A program made the position numbers and the translations under genes. DNA of 64,000 nucleotides from Leucoraja ocellata (lineage: Eukaryota). The notes below the pieces were generated by a model, which ran no database searches, had not been told where the DNA came from, and saw only the letters and a list, made by a program, of their open reading frames with translations. The stretch spans positions 7,254,001 to 7,318,000 of the forward strand of contig JAWMAR010000033.1 of assembly GCA_036785375.1 (NCBI GenBank), read 5' to 3'. Shown here piece after piece: positions 1 through 13,200 of this stretch (position 1 is its first letter; the number at the start of each line of letters is the position of its first letter).

Positions 1-80
1 ATAATCAGCCATGATCATATTGAATGGCGGTGTTGGCTCGAAGGGCCGAATGGCCTACTGCATCTATTATCTATGTTTCT
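1..80 (+). repeat. CR1/HER1-type LINE 3' tail
   Basis: ATCAGCCATGATCATATTGAATGGCGG...GAAGGGCCGAATGGCCTAC...CTATGTTTCT; the same tail recurs at about 808-875(+), 20350-20430(-), 27864-27950(-), 46680-46745(+), 53640-53720(+) and 57400-57485(+). Confidence 0.75.
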
Positions 81-1251
81 GGCCGTGGTACCTTTGAGAT
101 AAGGGGAGGATAGCCATCCAGGGTTGTATTGTCATATTGATCTCTGCTGGAAAGTCCCATGCATGAATACCACATTACGACTGTGGAATGTGCCTTCGAT
201 ATCCTTCAAGGATTGATGCTTGATGACATTTAGTATCTTGGCAAAGAATGAACAAATTTCAATGGTAGAAAAGAGCAGTTCCAACAAATCTCAGCACAAA
301 CTCAATGAAAATTGTCAACAGGAAATTCCAGCTTTTCAATCATGGTAACAAAAAAATGTCTACCTCTATGCCACAATTCTCTACTGAAATCTTTTAATCA
401 ATTCAAATTAAATTTTCCAATATTGGAATAGATTTAAATTTTGTCAGCATTTAAATGCTACATAAAGTAAACAAGTACTTGTAGATTAGTTGATATCTGA
501 TTGCCTGCTACCAAAATCCGACAAAGACCTGACGCTTTAAGTGTTTCAAAAAGTGCACAAGCAATCAAGTAATGAATGCTGAAGGAATTTTTGATGCCTA
601 CAAATTTTACTTAACCAGAAGAGGTATTTTAGTAGACTTTCTCCTTCCTGTTCTATTTGACTCAGGAAACCATTCTCAGCAAGGAACATTGGGCAAAGAA
701 TTTGTTCATGAGTTGTGTGATATTTTTGCACACCACACTTTCTTGATTAGTACAGGTGTCAGGGGTTATAGGGAGAGGGTAGGAGAGTGGGGTTAGGAGG
801 GAGTGATAGATCAGCCATGATTGAATGGCGAGCAGATGGGCTGAATGGCCTAATTCTGCTCCTATCACTTATGAACTTATGCACTCAAGTGGCAACTCAG
901 ATTCTCGATGAAACCCAGTTCTGCAGAGGAAGTATTGTCACACCGAATATACAACTGGTCTGTATCCATGAGAAAGTTTATTGCCATGTATTCAGTTTAC
1001 CAGACTACTTAGTTTATTAGACTGCATTCAGATGGCTTTTGAGATGGTGCTGGAACAAAGTGACTCATTGCATGCTGACCCAAGAAGATTCACTCTCAGT
1101 GCTAAAGGCGTATTCTTCTCTGTGGTGGTAACTAAAATACAAACCGTACAACCAGTTTATAGAGTGCTTTCACTCACTGGTACACAAAAATGACGAGCAT
1201 CCAGAGACCCATAAAATGATTTATCCATCTCGCAATCTGACCTCTGTATGT

Positions 1252-1305
1252 GGGGTGGGAGATTGCAACCTGCACGTGGTCCATCCTGCTGTGACGAATG
1301 CAATC
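1252..1305 (+). ncRNA. Putative minimal HDV-like self-cleaving ribozyme
   Basis: P1 GGGGTGG/CCATCCT (G1.U wobble), P2 GATTGCA/TGCAATC, P3 ACC/GGT, 7-nt L3 TGCACGT, J4/2 CGAA, all in the canonical nested-pseudoknot order. Confidence 0.65.
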
Positions 1306-1377
1306 AACATGGCGTGCACAATCAAATAGAACAAGTTGTCCGACAACTTTAGGCTGTGCAAGCCATACGCAAGAAGA
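1252..1377 (+). mobile_element. Short non-autonomous retroelement with 5' HDV-like ribozyme fold and (AAG)n tail, copy 1
   Basis: Flanked by direct repeat GACCTCTGTATGTG (1239-1252 / 1376-1389); homologous to 56151-56290; ends AAGAAGA. Confidence 0.8.
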
Positions 1378-4300
1378 CCTCTGTATGTGATCTCCAACAG
1401 AAGCACAAATGTAAATTTGAGGAAAGGCACCTCATCTCCATTATCCAGCTTCCACGTCACACCATGAACAACTTCTAAATGTTCTACCACCATTCCGACA
1501 ACCATTTTCCCAAAGTATTCCTACTTTAAAAGGTGCAGATAGTTTTATGGTAACTCATGACTGATCTCATGTAGAAGAGCATGTGACAAATCAACATCTG
1601 GTTGCATGCTTCAATTATGGCAAACAAGTTTAAAGTTGAGATGCTCTCCGTTTTCTGCCCAATGGATGTAAGCGAGTCATACATCTTTCATAACTGTATT
1701 GGTTTACAGGGGCTATAGAAAAGGGAGCAGGCAGAAGCACTGCTGAGGAATGAGCATTTGCTTTTTCCAAAGAGCTCGTTTGATCTTTGGACCAGGAAAA
1801 ATTGGGAATCTTATTGTCAAGCAAGTTCCCCAAGTGACTCACATTTGCATTAGCCAGAAGAATGTTCCAGTTTCAAGTGATGAGGTTGGGTGGAGAACCA
1901 TATTAACCTGAAACAATCCTTTTATTATAGCATCTGGATATGGTGAGCATATTTCAAAAGTTTGCCAATACTTTTGTGTGGTCTTCTAATAGATCTTTTT
2001 GAGAGGGAGAATGAGCAGGAAACCTACTGCCAATGATTTCCATTCTCATGTCATAACGAGGTCACAAGAATGTGGTTCAATTTTCCAACTTGAAACTCAG
2101 CTGCACCATTTTGTAGCTCTAGTCCGTTAATTAAAGCACGAACACGGGTATAAAAGTGAAAACAATATATCCAATACACTTACCTGAATCTTCAGTTTTT
2201 ATGAGTTGGAATCTATTTTGATAAGCAATAAGGCTGGGAGTGACACCACCAATGAACTGTCAAGTAAAACTATCTACAAAATGATTAAACTAGAATGGCA
2301 GACAACACCACATTGTGATTAATTTGTTTTAATATTACATTTGAAATAAGCTTGAAATTCACCTAGCCTGACCCAAATCTAATGGTGCCACCACATTACC
2401 AAATACTGCAAAATCCCGCCCCCGCCCCCCACACAAAGATTGATGCTGGAAATCGGAAATAACAGAAAATAGTATTTCAAACAGCTTCTGTGGAGAGATC
2501 AAAAGTTTCCAAACTTTACTACACCTTTTGCACATTAAAGGCAAAACTTGGCTGATGGGGCTGACCATTTTCACTGCAAAGCTTGAGCTGGATCAAGAAC
2601 ATATTGGATGGTAGTGTACTTAATATCAATGCAGATGTCCAGGTGTAAACTCTAAACTCACACAATATGGTCGGTCCTGGTGGTGAAACTTTTACTTGAT
2701 CCCAAATCCATCATAGTATTAAGGAGATCCAAGTATACTCTGCTACCCTGCCTGACCTTGCCCTATACGGACAGAATTTCTCATGGACACGATGTAAAAT
2801 CTCTCTAGAGAACCTCGGCTCATATTTCGAGCTGCCTCAGAAGTAACCTCAGTGCCATTGCACTTTTAACACAAAATAAACTCTTGTACATACTGCCCTA
2901 ACACACTGGGCATTTCTACCTCTGCATTGGTGTTCTGCTCTGTCATCCAGTAGAGTTTGTCTATTCAAAGCTGAAGTGGGGTAGGTACATTTGGACAGGT
3001 GGGTGGGACTAGTGTAGATGGGGGCATGTCGGTCAGCAACACTGTTTCCACACTGTACAATTCTGAATTTCTCTGCACCTTAATGACATTGAGGTGAAAT
3101 TCAAATTTTTATAAAACTAGATTTTTTGAGATTCACCGTCAGGTAGAATTCATGCTGCTTCTATGTGCATTCAATGCTGTTTTTCGATTCATTAATTGCA
3201 GAGGGGATTGGTAAGTTAATGGAGTCTGATGGAAGGCTATTGACCTATAACATCAGTTGTTTTTTCTCTCCACAATTGCCACCAGTCCTGTTAAGTATCT
3301 TCAGCATTTTGTGTTTTTTTTTTTATTATAATTTTGTTGAATCCACTAAAAATAATTTTATTGGCACAAAATTTGCCATGGCAAAATACTGCCTGTTTGC
3401 CTCAGTAACTACAATCTGTGCTTCCAAGTTTTTTACTAGAGGGACATTAAGCATGCTTCTGACCGTGGGCTTAAAAGGTGACAGCTGCATCTGTGCGGTA
3501 ATAAAATAAGCAATCGAAAATTTCAATACAAGATTATAGTTACCCATGCTCGAGATGAGTAGTGGAGTGCTGGGTTTATCTTAAAGCTTTCTCCAGGAAA
3601 AAAGAAATAAAACTGACACTACTTTGACACCTAAGCAGAATCAGGATTAGAACGTCACACCCTGTACACATCTACATTTCACTGCCAAATATCCAACAAA
3701 GTTCTTTTGTTTTGGAGTTTGTAAAAAATAGCAAATATTTAATGAATGATCTGGTATAATGTTGCCATCTTGTGGCAGCAGTTAAAAGTACAAATGCAGT
3801 TTGGATCATGAAATAAAATTGTATTCTACATTAAAATGCAAACTTTTGGACCGAGTTTGAAGAAGGGTCCCAACTCAAAATGTTGTCTGTCCATTTTCCT
3901 CCACAGATACTGCCCCACTGCTGAATTCCTCTAGCAGTCTGTTTTTCACAAGATTCCGGCATCTATAATCTCAGTGTCTGTTAATTTTGGATGATGCTTG
4001 CTGAGAGAAGAAAGTCAATCAAGTCATAAAATATTTTATATGCTTCTTTGACAACTATTTTTTTTAAATCGCTTTTACATTATTCAGTTAAACAGGGATT
4101 ATTTGAAGGAAAACATGATGCTCAAATTTTAGGGTGGTGAAATCTTTTGCCTCAAGATGAGTTTTACCAACCAAGACAATCTATTTATTTTAACCATCGT
4201 CTTAATCCTGTCCTTCTACCACCAATCATGGAATGGAATCTTATGAAATACTCAAGTTCAAATGATGTGCAGTAGACTAGAGACTTTGTTCATTGGCATA

Positions 4301-5812
4301 ACTGACGGAGCTGCCCAGAATAACTGGAGTTACAAATTTGGACTAACTAAAGAGCTGACCTAAAATCATCCAGGCACCATTGTACTATACAACAGGTTTG
4401 GCAAGTAGGCAAAAAACCTAAGCTGCACCATACATCAGTTAGATTTCTAACAGAAACCTTCAGCGTTATTTTAGTCATAGAATATCAAAATAGGCAAAGT
4501 TAACATTTATGCATATTTATTTGAATTACCCCAATAACTGATTTTTCTTTAAATGACAAGAGCAGACAAAAGTGGTTCGCACAAAAACGAGCAAAAATTA
4601 TATCACATTCTGCAACTGAAAATGCTTCATAAAACTGTTGTATGTCAATATCTTTAGAATTCAATTATATAGTTATGGATCTGCCAGCATTGAAACTTAG
4701 CACCTGTTACATATTTCACCAGCAAAGAATATGTAAAAAGCTCTTCTAAATAACCAAACTGGCTATCACTTCCAGTTTTCCTATTTTGAGACATCTTCTT
4801 TTAATTGTTGTCAAGATAGTCTTGTTATTACACATAATTCTCTCATATTTTTCAATTCCTTAAAGAGAGCCAAATAATTGTATTTGATTCAAAAATAAAT
4901 TGGACAATAACATTAGATGGTTCATTCAAAGTAACAGCTCCCCGATGGCCATGTGCCCAAAGTCAAGGCTTTATATAACACTCAGCTATATAGATCGTAA
5001 CATATCTGATTCAATTCCTATTATTTGTCATCAGTTGATCTTAAATGATCTGGAAATATAGCGATTAAAGATGACAATTATAGCAAGGGGCAATAAGGGG
5101 GAAAAAGTCAACCAAGACTCATGTTCCTAACATATGTCCAAAATTAAAAATTTCACTTCACGGTTGAATGAGGAACAAATTTGGATAGCATTTTCCTTCT
5201 CTAATTAACCTGCTATCACACAAGTTGGTCACGCACATTAGGAATAGTTAGTAAGATAATATTGGGTGCCCACCAGAGGTCACGAGTGAGTAGCTTCAGG
5301 GAAGATGGAAAAATATACAACTGCCCCAACCAGCAATGAATGGACAAAAAAACCAAACCAAAACATGATTCTGCCATGCCTGAAGAACGCAACTTCCATT
5401 TATTACACTGTCACTGTGGCACTGCTCATGTGGAATAGAATTTTTTTTCTTCCATATTATTTAATTTCTCAGCACAAACGTTGAAATTGTCACATTCCAG
5501 TTGGTTATTGATTGTCACAAAGGATGTGGTCAAATGAAACTGCATTCAGATGTGGAAGTAGTTTAAGGTAATCTGTATCATTCAAAATTCACCCCCTTGA
5601 ATTGATTCAACAAATATTTTGCACACGGCCGTCGGTATTTTGTATTAACAGGCACACTGGCATCAGACACGAGAGATTTATAACTACACTGCTGGGTGTT
5701 TATCAAGTGAATGCGAGCACAATAAAAAACACATTTCACACATTTAAAATAATGGCCGAGTAAAATGACTATTTTTCCGTTTTAGGCATCTGTGTTGCTC
5801 TTGAAAATAATT

Positions 5813-7212
5813 CTAGTCCAATACAATACTTTTCCGGAGAGGTTCTTCCAACTCAAAAGCCCTCTCTCTGTTACATGATAGTGACCTTCGACGGAGTTTT
5901 CTCATTCTTGCCTGGAATGCAATTTTTCCATCAATATCTTCTGGATTTGATATGTTGCACTCCGATTCAATTAACCCAAATGATCTTCTGCGCATTGTAG
6001 TACTCTTGTTTCTTTTCTCCAAATGTTGAGGGCTGGTTACCTCTATCCATCTTAGTCCTTCCCTATTCATGCAACCAGACAGCCTGGAACTACGTCTCAC
6101 CTTCTTTTTAGATTTTGTATTTTGAAGAGCACAATCTGAATGTTTAATACAGGTTTCCGGTTGATTAACTGCCTCCAACATACTAGTGTTTATCTGCTCC
6201 AGAAAACAATGATCAGCAAAATTGAAAAGTAGAGATTCACTGTTGGCTGTATCCACCTCATCATCAATTTGATAGGGAACAGTTGGTTCAGCAATCCCCT
6301 TCCATGAAAGTCTCTTCCTTCTTTTCTTTCTTCCTGAGAGGTTCTCGTCTTTCTCTTCATTTTCATCTCCTGCATTGACCACATAACATCCATTAAACTT
6401 CAGGACCTGTTCTGATTGAGTCACATATGGCAAGTCTATTGCATGGAATAACTTGCTTTGTCTGCGGCTGGATCTGCTTCGAAATTCTTCCCGAGCTTCT
6501 GGTGGTGAAATAATATTTTCGTTAAAAACAGTAATATCACCTGTCACCGATTCACTTCTCGTTTCTTGAGACTTTTCAGATGCAGAGGCACCGATAGGAA
6601 TCAATTTCTCCATTTCATTTGGCTCAGTTTCCTCTCGTCTTTCATTGACAACTTCAAGAACATTTGATTCAGATTCCAAAAGAGAACCTGCACCACCGTT
6701 ATCATCAGTATTAATTATTTCAAAATATTCTTCATGCCCCGTCTCCATTTCACACTGCCCTTCAGATGGACTTTGCGTATCTGTTATTCCTTGTTGACTG
6801 CTTTTCATCAGAACAGGCAGTTTAGAAAAAGGTTTGCTTTTAATCTTTATTAAAGATTTTCCCTTTCTGACATCTTTGGCGACATTATCAGTCCATTTTA
6901 CTTCAAATGCCATGTCTTTCTTATTTTCACATAGAGAGGGTAACTGACTATTATCACATTTAAGATTGTAATCAAATTGGTTTAATCTCCTGGGCATAAG
7001 CCGATGATCTCCAGTATTCCCTTTCTGAGTTTCACTTTCAATATCTGATTGAATTTTCTGTTCCTTCTCAAAGCAGTGCACCGCTCCCTTCCGTGGTCTT
7101 CTTCGTCCTTGTGGTTTTTGCACAGCCGACTTCCTAAGGCTGCAACCAGGAGTCCATCCATTAGCTAACGACTCAGACTTGGACATTGAATGCCTTCTTC
7201 CTCTATCAATAC
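5813..7212 (-). CDS. CDCA2: CDCA2 terminal coding exon
   Basis: Acceptor TTCTACCAAACAG; long open frame to TAG at 5813; contains RRRSF, like the Repo-Man C-terminal histone-binding region. Confidence 0.85.
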
Positions 7213-10200
7213 CTGTTTGGTAGAAAACATAACAGTTGGGAAATGTTTTTAGAATTGCAATGTGGTGGCAGTAAAATATAAAGTTCAATAATTTAGCTCA
7301 CTTCCAGGTTTTTGATGTCGGACCAAATTAAGCAGAAAAGTAGGTAATGTAATGTAATGTTGTTAGTTTTTATATCTATACCAACAAACACCACCCTCCT
7401 GTACTTGGGGACATCCCATAACATTCAATCTGGCAAAGTATTTTCTTGCAATATTAATAACAAGTATTTTGTGTAATAAGTCTCCTGAACAATTCAAAAC
7501 TGTTTACTGAAAACAGAAAATTAACTTACAACACTGATTTGCTACTTCCAGAATAAATACACAACTTCAAGTTGTCCAAAATAGCAAATACAAAAGCATA
7601 AGGAGCGCTTGCAATTAACAAATGCATTTTAGCTCATGCAATTGTAATTTAATAACATTCAAGTAGCCAAATTATGAAGGAATTTTTCTGGCACGATGAC
7701 AATAATAAATTTCCTGATTTTTTCTCTAGCCATACAAAAGTGGGCAAATAACTTGAAGCAAAGACTTTCAACCCAGTGTATTCAAGATTTAAAATGCATC
7801 CATTAAAAACCCAATAGGATTACACAAAATATAATGCGGTTTGGATACCGTTGTGGTGTTGCATGTATAAATCTCTCACCAAGTTTAAAGGCAACACATA
7901 ATTTAGCTCAAAAGTTTTCCTTTTCTTTCCATTAGCTAACCCACCTGACAAACACTGTTTTTCCACAATTAAAAATGTCAATTAAGCATACTCAAAAATA
8001 AATCCAATTGAAAAAAAGGGTCACCACACCAAAGAGGATTTATAGGAATTTTGTATGAGAATAATATTCCAACATCAAATGAAATTACTTCACTATAAAA
8101 TGGCTCCGACCATTATACCTTTGATCAATTCACTTGCTTTATAGATTAGGTTGTTTCCCTTCCTGAAACGAAGGGACAAACCTTCATAACATGTATTCCT
8201 TTATGAACATAAAATGTTACTTACCCTCAAGATGAATCAGACTGGTTCTCTTTGGGGTTTCACATTCCAACATTCCTTCACTATTGGAGAAATCTGTTGA
8301 TTCAGACCAGATATCCAACACCTCTGCAATTGGGCTCAGTAATGGCTTCTTTGAAGCATATTCACGTTTTCCATAAAGGCTCTTCTTGAACTTTTGTTTA
8401 CACTTTCCTTTAGTTGCCTGCAAAACATTTTTGCCATTATAATTTCTATTCTCCTTTAATTTACTGTTAAATATGGAGATACGCAGTGATGCATAGCTGA
8501 TCCATGTAGTACCAGGACCCAAGTCGTCATTAATGTCACTAGATTTATTTACAATACATTGACAATGATGCAAGACTATAATGTTCAACGTTAGGCATGA
8601 CTCTGCGAGTAGCAGCCCATGGTCCAAAGAATCAAGAATTTAAGGACCACTTGACAGCACAACCATATCTCTTTCAGGCCGACATAAATAATAGCACTGA
8701 AGGATCATAGGATTATTAGATAGATGTCCAGAGCATCAAATGTTTAACTCGAGTCACCCTCGGCCCAGGTATAAGATTATATAGCTCCAATCAGAGAAGG
8801 TGGCAGCTCTTGTAGCACCCAGCCCAAGATCCATCCCTGAATACATAGCAGTTTCTTGCAGGATTTCACAATGAAAACTACCAACTACGATAAATTTAAG
8901 AATACATGGCTACAGTTTAAATGTATTATATATTTCATTATGCACTTTTAGATATTCTGAGAATATACAATGCACCATATATTAGTGGTATGTTATTTTG
9001 TTTCAACTTTAAGTGTTCACCTTTGTGCTTAGCTCAAACGCCACTTAACACAAACGCTCTTCTCTTTAAACGTTGCCAGCTTTGCAAACCTCAGAGAATT
9101 CCATGCTCCTCCAGTTTTAGACTCCCCCCCCCCCCCCCATTTTGCCCCCTCCAATGGTGGCCATGCCATTAACTGCAATGCTCTGGAAAGGACTTCCAGT
9201 AGTTGAAGCTGTGGCCATCATCTGATGATAAGTTTCAGTTAACTGGCCTGGAATATTCATTCATACTAAAAAAAAGGCCTTCAATTCAGTGGGTGAAATA
9301 TTATAGATTTTTTAAGAAATATCCTTACAGAATTTACACCAAATACAGAGGACACTGGTATATAGCACATTAATAAAATCCCAGTTTTATTGTATTCCTT
9401 CCCCTGAACCAAATCATTTACTAACAATGAAAACTTATTTAAAAGACAAAGTAACTGATAAATTAAAAATAATCCAAATGCAAGTGCTTACTGTAGAGTT
9501 CTTTGAAATATTCTTCACATTGCTCTTGATCCTACTAGACCTGCGGGGTTCTTCTTTCGTGGACTCATGGTCCCCTTTTCTAGTTTTCTGTGATTTTGTG
9601 GTTGGGTTCAAAATTACATCTGCATGAAGAGCTTTGTAGCATACATTTTTGTCTTCTATTTCATCTCTCTGTTCAGACAGATTCTCAATGTTGGGGCAAG
9701 GGTGTCCATTAAAATTAGTTTGCACCCCACCATTGCTGGAGTAATCAGGTTTTTTTTGACTGAGGTATACATCATCTGTTTTTGACATTTCAGTTGAGGG
9801 CAGGTGGTTCATATCAGATTCAACCATTGATTCTGCTTCTAATACAGTAGATTCCAACATAATAATTGCAGGAATACTTTTGTCAATGTCTGGTTGTATT
9901 TCTAACGGCTTCTTAGAATCTGGTTTCTTTTTGGTCAGACTTCTGCGAACTGTAGCAGTGCACTTCTTAGCATTTTTCCTCTTCCTCGGATGCCCAGAGG
10001 AACTGATTGGAAATGGAAGAGTTTCAGTCAGTTCTTCAATTTTCACTTCCAAAACCTTACACGGATAGTCATCATTTTTATTATGACACTTCCGATTATC
10101 TGGTCCAAATTTACATTCTGACAACGGAGATTCAATTTCAAAGTTGATAGATATTGGGTAACATCTGTCTTCTTCAACATTCTGTGTTCCAGCAGGACTA

Positions 10201-13200
10201 ATTCCCAGGTCATCTATTTCAAAAATTAAAGAAAAATTTTTAATCGACATATTTATGTCCAATATATTCCCTTTCCTTCAATGTTTTTTGGCATGCACCA
10301 AAGTCTCTTTGGAAGTTCTTGAAACAAAGTTCCATGGCAATTAGAAGCATTTCCTGAAGGATTCAAGCAAAATTGTTAACTTACGAACATAGCTAAGTGC
10401 CAGTATTTTCTAAGTCAGGACACATCATAGACCAGCCATACAATATTCTCTCATGCGGCACTTTATAGCTGAGGTCACCATAATAAAGAACAAACCCAAA
10501 TTTCTTCTCCTGCTAATCAAGGACTTTGAAACTAAGTGGAACAACTCAATTACTGCACTGGCTGAGATCAACTTACTACAAACCTGCAAAAATCAGGTTC
10601 AATCATGCACACATCAAGTGGTCACTGGAGAAGCTCATACTAATTACTTAAATGTTAAAATAATTACTGCTGAGTCATACTGTAACAAAATGTCAGTTCC
10701 CAACGTAATAGAAAAATGCTGGGAAACCAAAATTTCAATAAGTGAGTTCGGTATTCTGATAAATGCAAGGAATCATGGGATTTGTCAAAGGTCACTTGCT
10801 ATAAAGAAAAAGCAAATGAAGCGCTGGCTGAACAAACTGTGTATAAATTTGTATCTTTATTCATGATATATGTGTAAAATATAATTAATCTGAGGAACGG
10901 GGTTGTTGGGTAGCAGGAGAGTGAGGTGTAACAGCGAGAGAGAAGGGGCAGATGAGAGTGGGAGGGAGACTGGACCGGCAGGAGACATTCTCGGCTGCTG
11001 CGTGCACACAGACCCACACCTCATCTGTAGCCAGGATCGAACCCTGGTCCCCGGCGCTACAAGCATTGCCGAACCGTCACTCTACAATTTACCTGTACTC
11101 ACAATATTAAAAATTATCAGTGTTCAATTGTTTGCAACATTATCTTAGAAATTATTTTTCCAAAAGACAGAGGCATGCATAACACTAATTGGATATAACA
11201 CAACTAATGAATTAAGAAACACTATTTGTAATACGTGGGCTGAATTGGTCAGAATGCAATTTTGATCGACAACTAGAAAACCACCTAAAATACTTTGGAA
11301 AATGACAAGCAGGAAAAAAAAAGCCATCTTGGGAAAAAAGTAGTCTAGGGAGCTGCCATATAATTTCCCCACAGCAATCAGACACCATTAACTCTTAAGA
11401 ACATAGGCTGCTAGTTTTACCACAGGTTACAATGGTCATGGAACACTACAGCCACAAGAACAGGCCCTTCAGCCCCCAATGTCTGTGATAAACACTTTGC
11501 CTGCCCTCACAATATTTAACATTTTTAGCATTCAATTGTTTGCATTATGTTAGAAATTATTTTTCCTAGAGATAACACTAATTGGATATACCAAAACTAA
11601 CAAATTAAGAAACACTAATTGTATTATGTGGGCTGAATTGGTCATAATCTTAATAACGAACATGGAACAGTACAGCCACAAGAACAGGCCCTTCAGCCCC
11701 CAATATCTGTGCCAAACATGATGCCAAGACTATCACATCTTCCTGCATATACCCCATATCCCTGTATATCCGTATACCTATGTAAGTCTTTTAAATGCCG
11801 CTAACATATCTGCTTCAACCACCATTCGCAGCAGACACTCATCATCCTCTGTGTCAACAACTTGCCTCTCACATCTCCTTTAAACTTTGCCCCTCTCACA
11901 GAACTGCAGACTGAATACTGTCCTTCCACAATCCTGTCTTCTAGGAGTAAGCCATTTCCGAATCTATATGAACAAGTCACGATTAATCCAATTAAATCTT
12001 AATCTTCTGGATCAGCCTACCATGGGGGACTTGATCAAAAGCTTTACTAAAACCCATTTAAACATCCGCCACCCTATCATCATCGATCACCTTCACCTCC
12101 TCAAAAAAACATGATTGTCAGAGACACGTTCTAGCATGTACAAAGCCATGCTGATTGTCCCTAATTAATCCATTCTTTTCCAAATGGGAGTAAATTCTAT
12201 ACAGAAGAATCAGAATGTTTGGCACAGACAATGGGGGCTGAAGGGCCCGTTCTTGTGGCTGTAGTGTTCCAAGTTTGTTATTAATTCCTTAGGTTGCTTA
12301 AGCATCTTTAGGTAATCTGTTCCTCTATCTCCCGCTTGCTGGTGGGGGTGCTATAATACAATCCCGGTAGAGTGCTTCACTCCTTTATTTCGAAGCTCTA
12401 CATAAACCGTCTCCTATACCTCTTTTGCCTCCTTCTCGATCGCACCTAAACCATCGAAAGCCCACAAATTTGAGCTGCCCAGCGTTTCCCTCCCGCAACC
12501 ACTTCTCCCACATGGCCAGATCATGGATTTCGACATAGAAATGCTTCCATTGTCACTTGTGCAATGATACTCTATTAAACAATATCACATGGTGATATTG
12601 TTTTCCATACATTGCTTGTACATTCCATACATGCCATGCTTCCATTTTAACTTACTTAGCTATTAAAAACTTTTTCTTTAAAATCCTGCAATGAATCCTG
12701 CTATTGCGCATCTGAAAAACTCTAGCCCCTAAACCCCTTTCTCATTGACAACTGCTTTTAATAACGTGATTTTCTGCTATGCTTGATTTAAGCAGATTTT
12801 ACACACCTTCCAATATTGTTTGCAGTTTACTTGATGTCCTGTCACTGTGGTCCAGCACAGGGCTGCTTCCATTGCAAGTGACATCATCGGAAGGGCTCTG
12901 TTGTGGAAAGATTACATTGACTTGTCTATTCACTGATTCAGTAAAAGTGCGAAAGTCTTTGGAACACACAAAAGTACAATCATTTTGAAATAATTCAAAG
13001 CGGTAAGCCTGAATCCACTGCACTGATAAACAAGATATATTGTAAAAAGAATATTAAACCACAATCTTATATATTTTTTACAATGCGTCACTTCTGTTGT
13101 CGACAGGGACAGAAGTTTCACTTATCTGTTACTTTATACCTCCATTCCACGCAGACCTGAATGTGACCTTCTGCGCTATTCCAACGAGCCCCAGTATAAG

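Noticed and set aside
130-260. VECAFDILQG resembling a Harbinger transposase motif
   Set aside because: Short match surrounded by stops, with no other DDE motifs; likely chance.
10214-10353. Upstream acceptor at 10353 for the large CDCA2 exon
   Set aside because: All phases hit stops; the acceptor at 10213 gives an open frame.
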